Assembly (NCBI RefSeq): GCF_009914755.1
Contig: NC_060936.1
Origin: the human T2T-CHM13v2.0 reference genome, Homo sapiens
Length of the DNA stretch: 64,000 nt
Direction: 5' to 3' (one strand)
A program made the position numbers and the translations under genes. This document shows, one piece after another, positions 40,850 to 56,514 of the stretch (positions are counted from its first letter, which is position 1; every line of letters starts with the position of its first letter). The notes beneath the pieces were generated by a model. It saw only the letters and a program-made list of their open reading frames with translations, searched no databases and was not told where the DNA came from.

Positions 40850-42307
40850 AATTTTTAATTTTTGTGAGTACATACTAGGTATATATCTTTATCACAATCT
40901 AGCAGAGGAGAAAGACAAAAATCACCCAACTTGCCATATGCAAAGTATATATATCATGGGGTACATAAGATTTTTTGATACAGGCATGAAATGCATAATA
41001 ATCATATCATGGAAATTGGATTATCTGTGCCCCCAAGCATTTATCCTTTGTTTTAAACACAATCCAACTATATTTTTTAGTTATTTCAAAAGGTACAATT
41101 AAATTATTATTGACTATAATTACCCTGTTTTGCTGTCAAACTAGTTCTTATTCATTGTTTCTAACTATTTTTTGTTGTATCCATTATCCTTCCCATTCTC
41201 TGGCAACCGTTCTTCTACTCTCTATCTCCATGAGTTCAGCTGTTTTGATTTTTAGATCCCACAAATAATTGAGAACGTGCAATGTTTGTCTTACTGTGCC
41301 TGGCTTATTTCACTTAACATAATGACCCCCAGTTCCATCCATGTTGTTGCAGATGGCAGGATCTCATTGTTTTATGGCTGAAGAGTACTCTATTGTGTAT
41401 ATGTGCCCATTTTCTTCATCCATTCATCTGCTAATGGACACATAAGTTGCTTCCAAATCTTGGCTACTGTGAACAGTGCTGCAACAAACATGAGAGTGCA
41501 GATATCTCTTTGATATACTGATTTCCTTTCTTTTGGGTATATAACCAGCAGTGGGATTCCTGGATCATATGTTAGCTCTATTCTTAGATTTTGAGGAACC
41601 TCCAAACTGTTCTCCATAGTGGTTGTACTACTTTACATTCCCACCAACAGTGTACAAGGGTTCCCCTAGTCTCCACATCTTCTCCAGCATTTGCTATCAC
41701 CTGTCTTTTGAATAAAAACCATTTTTAACTGGAGTGAGATAATATCTCATTGTAATTTTGATTTGCATTTCTCTGATGATCAGTGATGTTTTCATATGCC
41801 TGTTTGTCACTCATATGTCTTCTTTTGAGAAATGTCTATACAAATCTTTTGTCTATTTTTTATTGGATTATTAAATTTTTTCCTATAGAGTTATTTGAGC
41901 TCTTTATATATTTTGGTTATTAATCCCTTGTCAGACCGGCATTTTGCAAATATTTTCTCACATTCTGTGAGTTGTCTCTTCACTTTGTTGATTATTCCCT
42001 TTGCTGTGCAGAAGCTTTTTAAATTGATGTGATCCCGTCTTTCTATTTTTGCTTTGGTTTCCTGTGTTTGCAGGGTATTGCTCAAGAAAATTTTTCTCAG
42101 ACCAATGTCTTGGTGATTTTCCCCAATGTTTTCTTGTACTAGTTTCATAGTTTGAGGTCTTAGATTTAAACCTTTAATTCATTTTGATTTGATTTTTGTA
42201 TGTAGTGAGAGATAGGGTTCTAGTTTCATTCTTCTGCATATGGACATCCAGTTGTCCCAGCACCATTTATTGAATAGACTATCTTTTCCCCAGTGTATGT
42301 TCTTGGC
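40850..42307 (-). mobile_element. 5'-truncated L1MA (L1MA2-like)
   Basis: 3'UTR TTTTTAATTTTTGTGAGTACATACTAGG...GATACAGGCATG plus ORF2 C-terminal relic. Exact 11-bp TSD ACATACTCTTT at 40839-40849 and 42308-42318. Confidence 0.93.
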
Positions 42308-42757
42308 ACATACTCTTTTATTCATTCAAGGCCTACATATATATTCTGATTCATATAGAAATCCGATTTGAGTTGCACAGAGAAAATTTCATTACATTTT
42401 GCTTGTGGATGTTTGACTAAAAAATGATTTAAAAAGCCAAACCTATTGTGTTTGTCAAAATCCAAGTGATTTACAACAATTATAATAAAGTTCAGAATAT
42501 TTTTGACAACTCTTCCTGAGTGATTTTTGAAAACTGAAATGCTTCCGGGATGAGGTTCCCATTCTCTACACAGCATTGGCATTAGTAGATATATCACCAT
42601 GACGTACCTTAAAAAAAAGCTGAAATTGCATTTCCCAGCAATCGCCCTCAGTACAGCCTTTATGCATTAGGGTCAGATATAAGGCTGGTGACTAAATTTA
42701 TCTTCCTTTATTTTTATTCACTTTTCTTGCCTTTTTCTCTTTTGTTTCTTCTTTAAG

Positions 42758-42774
42758 ACAGACATATATGCATG
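42758..42774 (+). other. Candidate 17-nt (or 13-nt from 42762) microexon
   Basis: 72-nt AG-free pyrimidine-rich zone, acceptor AAG or CAG, consensus donor ATG|GTAAGT. Motif evidence only. Confidence 0.4.
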
Positions 42775-42796
42775 GTAAGTAAAAGCTGTAAAAAGC

Positions 42797-42933
42797 TAAA
42801 TACTTGAGGGGATGGACACCCCATTTTTCATTATGTGATTATTAGGCATTGCATGCCTGTATCAAAACATCTCATGTACCCCATAAATATATACACCTAC
42901 TATGTACCCACAAACATTTTTAAAAATAATTTT
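42797..42933 (+). mobile_element. Short L1MA (L1MA1/2-like) 3' terminus; its A-rich tail is the target of the L1PA insertion
   Basis: TAAATACTTGAGGGGATGG...GCATGCCTGTATCAAAACATCTCATGTACCCCATAAATATATACACCTACTATGTACCCACAAA; tail resumes near 45475. Confidence 0.88.
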
Positions 42934-45467
<2,534 letters not shown>

Positions 45468-47189
45468 TAATTTTAAAAATTAAAAAAAAAATCACTGAAA
45501 ACAAAGTGCTTTTAATTCGGAAAACAATTTTTAGTAGTGTTAAACTATAAAGACATTAGTCACAGGAAGAAATTTTATATCTTCTAAATTCTTTTGAAAA
45601 TTCTATGCAGAACCATAATCACTGGGGAAAGCTTACAGTTAAAATTAATCTGTCCAGCATACTCATAATAAATACCTTTTTATTAATATTAAAACTAATA
45701 AAGTTAGCAGACCCAAAGTAAATGGATATATGATATTCTGTTTTTATTATTATTTCCAAAGGCTAAGGTAGCTAAACTTTCATGCATGATGTTGTAAAAA
45801 TTAAATGATGCACAATCATTTGAAAAATGGATTTTCCTTGTACAAGTTGGCCTTTTCAGCTCTATATATTTATTTAGAAATATATCTGTCTTCTGGCTGA
45901 TATTGCTTTAGACTGATCAAATTTGTGTTTGAATATAATAATGGGATAGTGTTTTGAGTTTCTCAAAATAAATGTCTGAGAGATAGCATTAATTCCTTTT
46001 GATTTGACACTTCCTTTCCATTGCCTATTTGGAGGTTACATAGTCTTTATCCTGGTTATTCTACTTGAGATACACAGCATAACATATGATCACTCAATCA
46101 GTATTTACCTTGAATCAGGTATGATTAGATACATCTGGAGAGTCTTAGAGGATGGGCCTGCCAGGAGCCCATTTGCATGACGGACTGAAGAGTCTTTTAG
46201 GAAGTAGTCCATCCTATGGCAATAGAGAGTTGACATAGAGAAGCTTGATATAAATTCAATGCTTTGAGAGTAGAAGGAACCAAACCATGGAAGTTGCATG
46301 GTTCATTCTGCCACCCTCCGAAATGTAGGCTTGAGTGTGTTGATGATCAAATCCTAAAGCATCCTTTACCAAATTTTTGAACAATTTTGGAAACACTGAA
46401 GACTCCTGCTTTGTATTCTATATATAGCACCAGAATAAGCAGGGGTACATAGAACTAAAACAGTGATGGCAGCAAGAGGCTGGAGCAGCCTACTACCTGA
46501 CCCAGTGAAGAAGCAGGACAGGAGACATCTTTGGCAGTGGTTAGCTGGAGGCAAAACCAGTCATGCTAGCACTGGAGGGAGACTGTTTCATAAAGATTGG
46601 TGGCTAACTCAGTGGCTTTCCAGCATCTTCCAAGCAGGTTCATGGACATTGTCTTCTGCAGTAGATATCTGTTTAGAGTCAGGAAAAAAAAAGAAAAAAA
46701 GGCAGATGCCACATGGTAAAAGAGAGAACTGGGTTTATGTGCAATTGTGAGACCCATTGGTCACTTCTCAGAACTTGTGTGTGTGAAGGACCTTATTTTA
46801 AGAATACAAGGTCCTGAAATGCCTTAAAGTACTTTTCCTCAGGAAGATGTCTTGGGGAAGATAGAAAAATCTGATATGATAAGAATGACAAATTACAATA
46901 TGACATGTAAAACAGATAAATGAACTGCATTTGTTGCAAACTGCAAAACTAAGCCAAATTCAGAATTGTAAAGGAGCAAACCGTTAAGCTCTTTTCATCC
47001 ATTTTGTTTATATTGCTGTCTTCTGAATGAGTTCATAGTGTCAACAGCATCTTTGGCAAAAATAATGGAATTAACAGAATAAGAGAGGTCAGAGTAATAC
47101 CTCACTAGGTATTCAACTGAGTTCCTTTGAACTATTTTGTTCTGCTTATTTTGTCTGGGGTTTTTCTTTCAGTTTATTTCCAACTTTGA

Positions 47190-48103
47190 CAAGCTGCAGA
47201 TCCACGTTTCCAGCTGTCTTCTGTATATTCCCACCTGAAGATGTTATTACCTTATAATTATTCCCCAAATCTTCTGCCCTCTGTATTTTGTTGTTGATGT
47301 TGTTGTTAATGATGTCACCATCCCTTTAGTCTCTCAAGTAAGGAAAACAGATTTACTTTTTCCTTCTCCCACTCCTTTGGTTCCCTTATCCAATATGTTA
47401 ACGTCGGTGCCATTAGTAACTTCTGAAGTCTCACTCCTATCTTTCTACCACTGGAGTATAGGTCTTCACCATGTCTTGTCTGGACTTTTGCAATAGCTTC
47501 TTAACACAAGACTCTCCCCACTGTAGTCAATACTCTACCTTCGTTGTTATAGTCATCTTCCTAAGGACAAATCTGATCATTTAATTTGCTCTTCATAATC
47601 CCTGTTAGCTTCATTGCATGGGGCATAAAGCCAAATTTGTAAGCACTGAAAATAAAACCCTTCACACACTGGCTCCTTCAGCTTCATCCCTATCACCCAG
47701 ATTCAGCCATATTGGACTTCTCACTGTCATTTGCATAAAACTGGCCCATTCACATTTGTTCGTATGCAGAATTCTTTCATAAAATGTCTTCAGTTGGCAA
47801 AATCTTAGTCATCTTTTCAACAGAGAACAAAATCACCTTCTCTTGGATTTTGAGCTTTCCTGAATGCTCTCAGGGGCAGAAATAGTTTCTCTCTCTTTTC
47901 TGTTCCTTGGCACTTTCCTTCCTAACCACAGCATGGCACCTGCCACAATTATGATCATTTCTCTATCTTGATGTCTGTGTCCCCACTAAACTGTGTGATC
48001 CTCTAGAACAGAAAGGTATTAGCAATTCTCTTTGTGTCCCCAGAGCCTCACATGGGACTACACCATGGGTATAGAATAAGTGTTGACAGAGTGAATGAAT
48101 AAA
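47190..48103 (+). mobile_element. L2 3' region
   Basis: GCAATAGCTTCTTAAC, CAAATCTGATCAT, TCTGTGTCCCCACTAAACTGTG...GTGAATGAATAAA. Confidence 0.68.
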
Positions 48104-48244
48104 GAAGCACAGCGAAGTGACTAAGTCAGAGGAGGGACACTTAGATCAGCTTCAGAAAGTGGAACTACAAGTGGATAGAGTGTGGCTATACATAGAGTAG
48201 AACATTCTAAGTGTCAGAACTTTTAAAAATGGTAGCGTTTCCAT

Positions 48245-49040
48245 GTTACTAATCATCAGAGACATGGAAATCAAACCCGCAACAAGATACCATCACACCA
48301 GTCAGAATGGCTATTACTAAAAAGTAAAAAATTAACAGATACTGGCAAGACTGCAGAGGAAAGAGAATGCTTATACACTGTTGGTAGGAATGCAAATGAA
48401 TCCAGCCCCTGTGGAAAGTAGTTTGGAGATTTCTCAAGGAACTAAAAATAGAACTACCATTTGACCCAGAAATTCCATTACTGGGTGTGTATATTCAAAA
48501 TAAAGTAAATTGTTCTTCCAGAAAGACACATGCATCCATATGTTCATCACAGCACTATTCACAATAGCAAAGACATGGAATCAACCTAGGTGCCCATCAG
48601 TGGTGGATAGGATAAAGAAAATGTGGTACATTTACACCATGGAATACTATGCAGCCATAACAAAGAACAAAACCATGTCCTTTTCAGCAAATGGATGCCA
48701 CTGGAGGCCATTATCCTAAGTGAATTAACACAGGAACAGGAAACCAAATACCACATGTTGTCACTTATAAGTGGGAGCTAAACAGTGGATAAACAGGGAC
48801 ATAAAGCAACAAAAGACACTGTGGATTCCTAGAGGCAGGGAGGGAGGGAGGCAGTCAAAGGTTGAAAAACTAACTATTGGGCACTATGCTCAGTACTATG
48901 GTGACAGGATCAATCATACCACAAACCTAGCATCACACAATATATCCAGGTAATGAACCTGTATATATAACCCATGAATATAAAAGTTGAAATTAATTTT
49001 AAAATGAAATAAAATAAAATTGAAAAAAATGAAATAAAGA
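48245..49040 (+). mobile_element. 5'-truncated L1PA16/17-like 3' end
   Basis: ACTAATCATCAGAGA...CACACCAGTCAGAATGGCTATTA...TGAAAAACTAACTATTGGGCACTATGCTCAG, followed by an A-rich tail. Confidence 0.9.
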
Positions 49041-49939
49041 AATAGCAAGTATTCTTTAATTAGAAATTCTCAGAGGATGGTTGGCCACTTGTGAACAAAT
49101 GGATAGGTGATGTACATCAGGTAGTTGTTGGCTATGCTAAATGACCTCTAATTCTACTCAGAGATTGTGTTATTCTTCATTAATACACAATCCCTCATGT
49201 CACCTGATAATTTCCAGTAGTCAGTGATATCTGCCTTTAACCCTGGCTCTGTAAGTTTATCTTCCATAAATAGATTGGAAATGTATTCAGTTGGAACCAA
49301 GCCAGGGAAGGGGGAGAGAATGAAAATGAGAATATCAAGTAAACATAAATGACATACTATGATTTTTTTAAAGATGGTACATGAAAACTGAAATGTTCTG
49401 TTTGTAACATTGAGAAGAGCTGAGGCTTTGCATTTTTGGTACTTCAAGTGCCAGGAGGGAGAAGCAGCAACCTCCTCCCACTCCTGGGAGTTTGGTGTAA
49501 AGGGACATGGCCCAGCCTGCAACTAACTAGGAGTTAGTCCAACCCATCTACTTGTGCTAAATTGTAGTTGTAATATCTCTGTGGGTTTCGTAATAACATA
49601 TATAATTATGATGCATTGTTTTTATATAGCACCTTTCTCTAAGGAGCATAAAGTGCTGTGTGGACATTATCCCATTAAATCTCACAGCACTCTGGAGACA
49701 TTGAAAGAAGGCAGGTGATATTATATCCCCTTTGAACCCAGAGCTGAAAAGGAATTTCTCCAACCAAAAGTAAATAAAAGCAAGATGGAATGAAAGCAAG
49801 ATTTATAAGAGGATATAAGGTTAGAGTTTAAAGGAAGATATTGACTATGTTGGAATTAAAGGGAGATTTAAGGCAAAAAAAAAAAGTAAAAGAATTGCTG
49901 TGAGAAAATAACAAAGTGTCTAGAGTGTGTATATATATA

Positions 49940-50430
49940 TATGTGTGCACAAAATTAAAATAATATACAAATACTTTCAAAATTTGAAAAGCAAGATTAT
50001 TTTAAAACCATCTATAATTTTACTACAATAATAAAACTAATTTGATATATTACCTTATGTCTTTTTGTTTTGCTTTTACTGTGCATCTGTGATTTTCCAC
50101 ATAAAATTATACCATATATTCAATTTTGTATTATGTATTTTTCACTTAATTATATATCATAAAGTTTGCATACTTATAATTCTGAGTAGCCGTATAATTT
50201 TCCATGGAATTATAAACCATAATTTGTTTTACTCTTTTCTACCAAAAGGCAGTTTCCACATTTTCACCATAATAAATAACAATAGATTGAAAATCTATCT
50301 TTATGCATATGGATCTTTTATGTTTTTAATTATTTCCTTAGCAGAGAAAATTTCCGGGAATAGAATTACCAGATTAATATGGATATGTAAGTACATTTAA
50401 ACATGACTGCATAAACATACTCTCAAATTA
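49940..50430 (-). mobile_element. Old L1ME-like 3' fragment
   Basis: TTTTTCACTTAAT, ATAAACCATAATTTGTTT, TTATTTCCTTAG...GAATAGAATTACCAGATTAA. Confidence 0.5.
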
Positions 50431-50963
50431 ACATGTAAGTGAAAAAAAGGAATAAGAAAATTACTAAAAACCAACTATATTTACACGTTACAAACTATGT
50501 TTACAAGTTTCCAAGGCAGCTATTTTAAAAGTAAAAATGTTAGCAATTATTTTTGTCTGTGCACAAACAAGTAGTTTGATTTTATTTTTATCACATCATC
50601 ATTCAATTCAATTTCTTTGGTAGTATGAAACCAGATTAAAAATAAAAAGTTGAATCTCAAAGAAAACATAAATTTGTACCTGTTTTTTAAAAGTAGATTT
50701 ACTTGACTGGAACATGTAATTTCTCTGTATTCTTCTTAATTTTAATTTACATGGTCAAATGTTCTATGAAAATAATTAGGAAAGTGTGTATGTGTGTATA
50801 CTAATACCTAAAGCCCCATTTTAAGAAAGTAAATATAATTGTAAATTTTTCTTATTAATTATGGAAGCACTGGAGAAAATGACATGTGTGTATTACTGTT
50901 TTTGGTGACAGGTTGTTACATGGTATCATGTACCAAAGTGATTACCTCAAGAGTCAAAGATTA

Positions 50964-51271
<308 letters not shown>

Positions 51272-51999
51272 TTAAAAACATTTAAAACACATTAAAAACA
51301 TATTGATGTGTAAGGTAAATACTGACCAAGGAAACTGTCAGGCCAGTGTTTTTCCAAATGGCAATCAATCTAAATGATGTCGAGAATATGAAGTCAAAAC
51401 TAGCTTAGATATGAATGAGGCATACAGCCTTAACCATGGACTTGAGAATCTTGTTTTAATCACTGTTCTCAATAATATTCTTGCTGATCTGAAGTCACAT
51501 ACCCCTTTTTATCTATTGTATGGTTTTAAGTAATGTTGCAAATTGACTGAAGTTAACATGGGACACCAAAACATTTCTACTAGCTGACAGAAATTTTGCA
51601 AACCATTCTCATTTTTATGGCTTTAGCAATAGTGTTCAAAGATATGAACTGAGCATTGAAGCAGTGCTAGAGATTGCATTTTCTATTTCACCACACAGTC
51701 TAACAAGCAGGGTCTGTCTTGGGAAAAATGGACTTAAAGTATTATAAGAAAGACATTTTTTCACAGACTCTAAAAGACAATTAATCTAAAGTTAGATAAA
51801 TTAAAGCTACCCACTGAGAAAAGTTCATTTGGTCTCTGTTTAAAACTAAAAACTCCACGCTATAATTTGTTTTCAAATTATAGCAAAGATGAGCAATTTA
51901 TACAGCTACATCCTACTCCTGTAATACAGTGATGAGCTACATACTCTCAACAACCTGTGGTCACCAAGAAAATGGAAGATAGAGAATGATTGGTTAATT

Positions 52000-53210
52000 T
52001 ACTCATTCTCTCAGAGCTTGAATGAGGAATGTATTCCCCAATGGGTCCATAGGGAACTTCTTTCAAGACTCTATTACTAATACAATGCTTCCATATTATC
52101 CTGTAAGTATTGTTTAACTTGTTTGCCTCTTCTACTAGAGGATGAGCTTTCTTGGAGGCAAGAATTTTGATTGATGTCTTTGGTATTCCAAGGCCTTGCA
52201 CAGTTTCTGGCACATGGTAAACACTTATTAAATATTGGTGAATAATCAAACAACCAAATGGTTTTTACTTCCCACCGCGCATCTACTATTGTGCTAAGGA
52301 CTGAGAGAGACATAAAGAAGTGTACCTTCAAGGAGTGTATAATTAATACATAAATGTGAAGTTAATGAACACCACACGGTAGTCTGTTGTGACGCTGTAA
52401 TAGAAGATTCTTTGGTGCTGGTACTAGGAAAATAGTCAAGAAGAGTTACATACACAAAAAAAAATTGTGCCATTGTGATAGGGGAGTGATAGATAGGCAT
52501 GGCCATACAGGTTAACTGAGAAGTACTAAGGTCTATTTCCATCATTGTTTGATTAGTGTTCAACTCCCTTTCTAGACTGTGCTCTAAAAAGTCAGAGTGC
52601 ACATGGGTTTTCATTCACCATTGTATTTCTAAGATCTAGCAGAGCACTGGCATGAAGTAGGTAATTGAGCACTTGCTTTGCTCAATATTCTCTACTTTTT
52701 CAAGGGCTAGATCATTCTCATCCTCATCCCCCAGCTTAGGTGTCCTTTCTTCCAAGATGCCTCGCAGGGTGCCCTCTGTTATTTCTTTTCTCAATCCCTA
52801 GTTTATTTCCTTTGCAAAACATATCACCACGTATTTGGCTCTTTACTCATTCTTTTACCTGTCACTCCCACCAGACCTGATGGTAAACCTCTGTCCATCT
52901 GTTTTGGTCCTGGTTGCAACCATAGCTCATATCACAGCACCTGGTACCCTTTCCCTGCAGAGGCTCTTACCTCATAGAGGTCTTTTCTTACCCTATCTAA
53001 CGTAGCTTCTCCCAATCCTTATCGTGGTTTATTTTCTCTCTAGCACTAATATTTTCTGAAATTATTCTGTGTATGTAGTTATGCCATATTCAAACTATAA
53101 ACCCCATGAGGACAGAGCCTAGAGCCATTTCTACCTGATTCATTGCTGTATCAAGGCTTAGTAGGGGGACTGACACAAACAGTTCTTGAATGTGCAAATA
53201 TTTAGCAAAT
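52000..53210 (+). mobile_element. Cluster of L2 3'-end fragments
   Basis: Repeated L2 terminal motifs: GCACAGTTTCTGGCACATGGTAAACAC, CTAGACTGTG...TTCATTCACCATTGTAT, CTATAAACCCCATGAGGACAGAG. Confidence 0.6.
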
Positions 53211-53392
53211 AAAAGGTGATGGCACAAATAAAAGACAAAATAATTAAAAAAAAAAAGCAAAGGAAAGAGATTAGTTGTTAACTAGGATAGCAAAACAAGT
53301 GTTAGCTTAGAATTGTGATGGTAAAGGCAAGATCTATTTTCAATGAAAAATAATGGTTGGAAATCAAAGATAGTTAGAGTAAAGAGAAGTGA

Positions 53393-53716
<324 letters not shown>

Positions 53717-53779
53717 TAGACCAAGACAGTAATGTAAGGTCATTTAGAGCCAGGACAAGCTGAATTACTTGCCATCATG

Positions 53780-54020
53780 CAAAAACACTCATGGGACTGG
53801 ACAGACCTAGGTTTGGCTTTTACTCTTCTATTTATAGCTGTATTACAGTGGGTAAGGCAGGTGCCTTCTGTGAGCCACAGTGTCTCCAATTGCAAAATGA
53901 GAAAAATAAAACCTGCCATGTAGTATCATTTTTAAAATAGAACAAATAAATATATGTAAAAGGCTGCACCTAGTACAGAATCTACTACATGTGGGAGATC
54001 ATTGAATAGTGGTCATTGTT
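53780..54020 (+). mobile_element. MIR SINE
   Basis: CAGACCTAGGTTT...TAGCTGT...CTGTGAGCCACAGTGTCTCCAATTGCAAAATGAG...ATATATGTAAAA. Confidence 0.65.
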
Positions 54021-56129
54021 AGAACAGTGCATCAATTACAGTACCCAGCTAGAAGGGTGGCAAGCAAAATATTTAATCATATTAGTAAAGGAAGATGTAT
54101 TTCCTTTCATTTAAGTAACTTTAAAGGACATCTCTTTATTTTAGATTATTGCATGAGCAACCAATTGATCATAATATATAATTGTCAGGGCATGATTAAT
54201 CATAAACTACTGACTTGAAAAAGAAAAATCATTAATTATGATAATTATTCTTTCTCATTGTATATAATTGAGGCTTAGGAAGTAAAATTGAAAAAAATCT
54301 TTCACTGATTCTGAGTTAATTAGCATACCTTGCAGGTATTTACATTAAAACACCCAAATGTTCTTCCTATGTTTTGTTCTAAAAGAAGAGATTTGAAGAG
54401 CTCTCCATTTCAGGCTAAGGCTAATTGAAAGGCAGATGATAAATGATTAGTTGAGGTATTTGTTTTGAGTGTGTAGTTGTTAGAGTGAATTTTTCATTTG
54501 AAGATATATATAGTATTAAAAGTCCAGGAATCTCTGAGTTGGGAATTAGGGGCAGAGAGCAGTCAACAAATCATATATTTGTAAAATAATTTGGAACCTT
54601 CTTCAGAGAACTGATTTCTGAATAGTCTGTCACCTAAACAATTTCATAATGATGCTGATTTGCCAGCTTCTCCTCCAGCAAGAGGCAATAAATCAAGTGT
54701 ATCTGGGTTTATATGGGGAAAAACATATTAATTGATTTATGCATATAACATTGCAGATATCCATAAAGCAAAGCCTTTGGCAACTGGCAAATGTAATAAT
54801 TTCACATTTACCTATGGTTCACCAAGTACAATCCATTGCTTGAAGGCAAAACTGTATGTTTTATGTTTAGTTTTTACGATTGCTTCCATATAGTCTCTCT
54901 GTGCATTAAAAGTCCATTTTCAGAACCATGGGTTTACCAATTTTTATGAGTAAAAATTTTATGAGATATTATACTGAGGTAGCATAAAATTATTTTCTGA
55001 TAATTTTTACCACCTTCAGAACTCCACTGTTACTTTGTTTCCACATATGCCTAAGGATATAATTTGTAATACTTTTAAATATGACACATTTCATTAGAAA
55101 TATGATATATTGCAGAGATATTATATGAAGCTTCAACCTCACAATAACATTACAGATTAGTTTTTAATGTAGGTTACATTGACAATTCTATTTAAAATCA
55201 AATATAAAGAAGGATATTTAATAAAATGATTAATGATTTTTATATTTATAGGCAATGTGTCATCTTCTGATCATAATTATGAGCAAAAAGAATTAATCCT
55301 TTAAGTGAAGGGCTTCTTGTAACACAGTAACTTAAACACTCCATTGATATACAAACAAGGAAGACTTAAGATAAAATAGTTTGTTAGGTTTCTATGCCAA
55401 AAAATGTTATTGTTACCCATATAGATCTTCTTGTGTTTTTGCACTGCCTTAAGTCATATACGTAACATAAAAGTTTTACCATTTAATGATATGCACAGCC
55501 GCAGTATGTTGGGAGTACAAATCTTAACCATCACATAAGTTCCTAAGAAACATAAAAGCTGTGTCTTTTTAGCAAGCTGTGAAGTGATAGCCATCACTAG
55601 TGGGCTCTAAATCATCTCAAAAGCCATTCTGTTTTTCCATGCAGTGATATAGGAATCTGATATCAGAGTACCTACACATGATGAAAAATCTCCTCAGGTG
55701 AGAAAAGCGAAGTGCAAAGAAGTTAGGGAGATAGTATTCATTACTAGAAATATGATAAGTTTAGAGCCAAATCTATGCATTGGCAGTAAAAATTCTAAGA
55801 TGGCCATAAACCATCTACAGTTAAATGCATATCTCAGCCTGCATATTTTGTAGGCTTTGTCAATGACTTGCAGGATAAACATAGGACCACTTCCATTCCT
55901 TCACTTTGCAATGTGTGTTAGACAGGATTCCCTCCCCAGGTGCTCCAGGTAGCAAAAAATCCTAAGAAAATATTATTTCAAGATCAGCTGCAACATACCA
56001 CTGAAAGTCAACCTTTCATTACAGATATAATTTAGCATCAAACAGAAGGGCATATCGGCATGATAGTTGGGCTTAAAGTGGGTAGATAATTGCAATATTA
56101 GGCCTGATGGGGGAAAATGTCATGAAAAA

Positions 56130-56370
56130 TCTTACTATGGTAAACAAAAGAAGTCTTTTCAATCAGACTGTCCTGGGTACAAATCCTTTTGGTATCAATT
56201 GTGCAGCATTGGACAAGCTATTTAACTGCTCTGTGAGCCTCAGTTTACTTCCATGTAAATTAAGAAAAATCCTACCTACCATATATATTTGCGTGTGGTT
56301 TACAATAGACTAAATATATCAAATGCCTGGCACAGAGAAAATTCATGACAAATGTTTGTTTGCTTAGTCT
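56130..56370 (+). mobile_element. MIR SINE
   Basis: TCAGACTGTCCTGGGTACAAATCC...TTGGACAAGCTATTTAAC...GAGCCTCAGTTT...TGCCTGGCACAGAG. Confidence 0.72.
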
Positions 56371-56409
56371 GAATTGAATATGAAAATACAGTCAATCTCC
56401 TATAAAGGA

Positions 56410-56514
56410 TTTTCTTTTATTATTATTATTATTATTATACTTTAAGTTCTAGGGTACATGTGCAGAACGTGCAGGTTTGTTACATATGTATACATGTGCC
56501 ATGTTGGTGTGCTG
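56410..56514 (-). mobile_element. Very short young L1PA 3' terminus with (TAT)n-derived tail
   Basis: TTATACTTTAAGTTCTAGGGTACATGTGCAGAACGTGCAGGTTTGTTACATATGTATACATGTGCCATGTTGGTGTGCTG. Confidence 0.93.
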
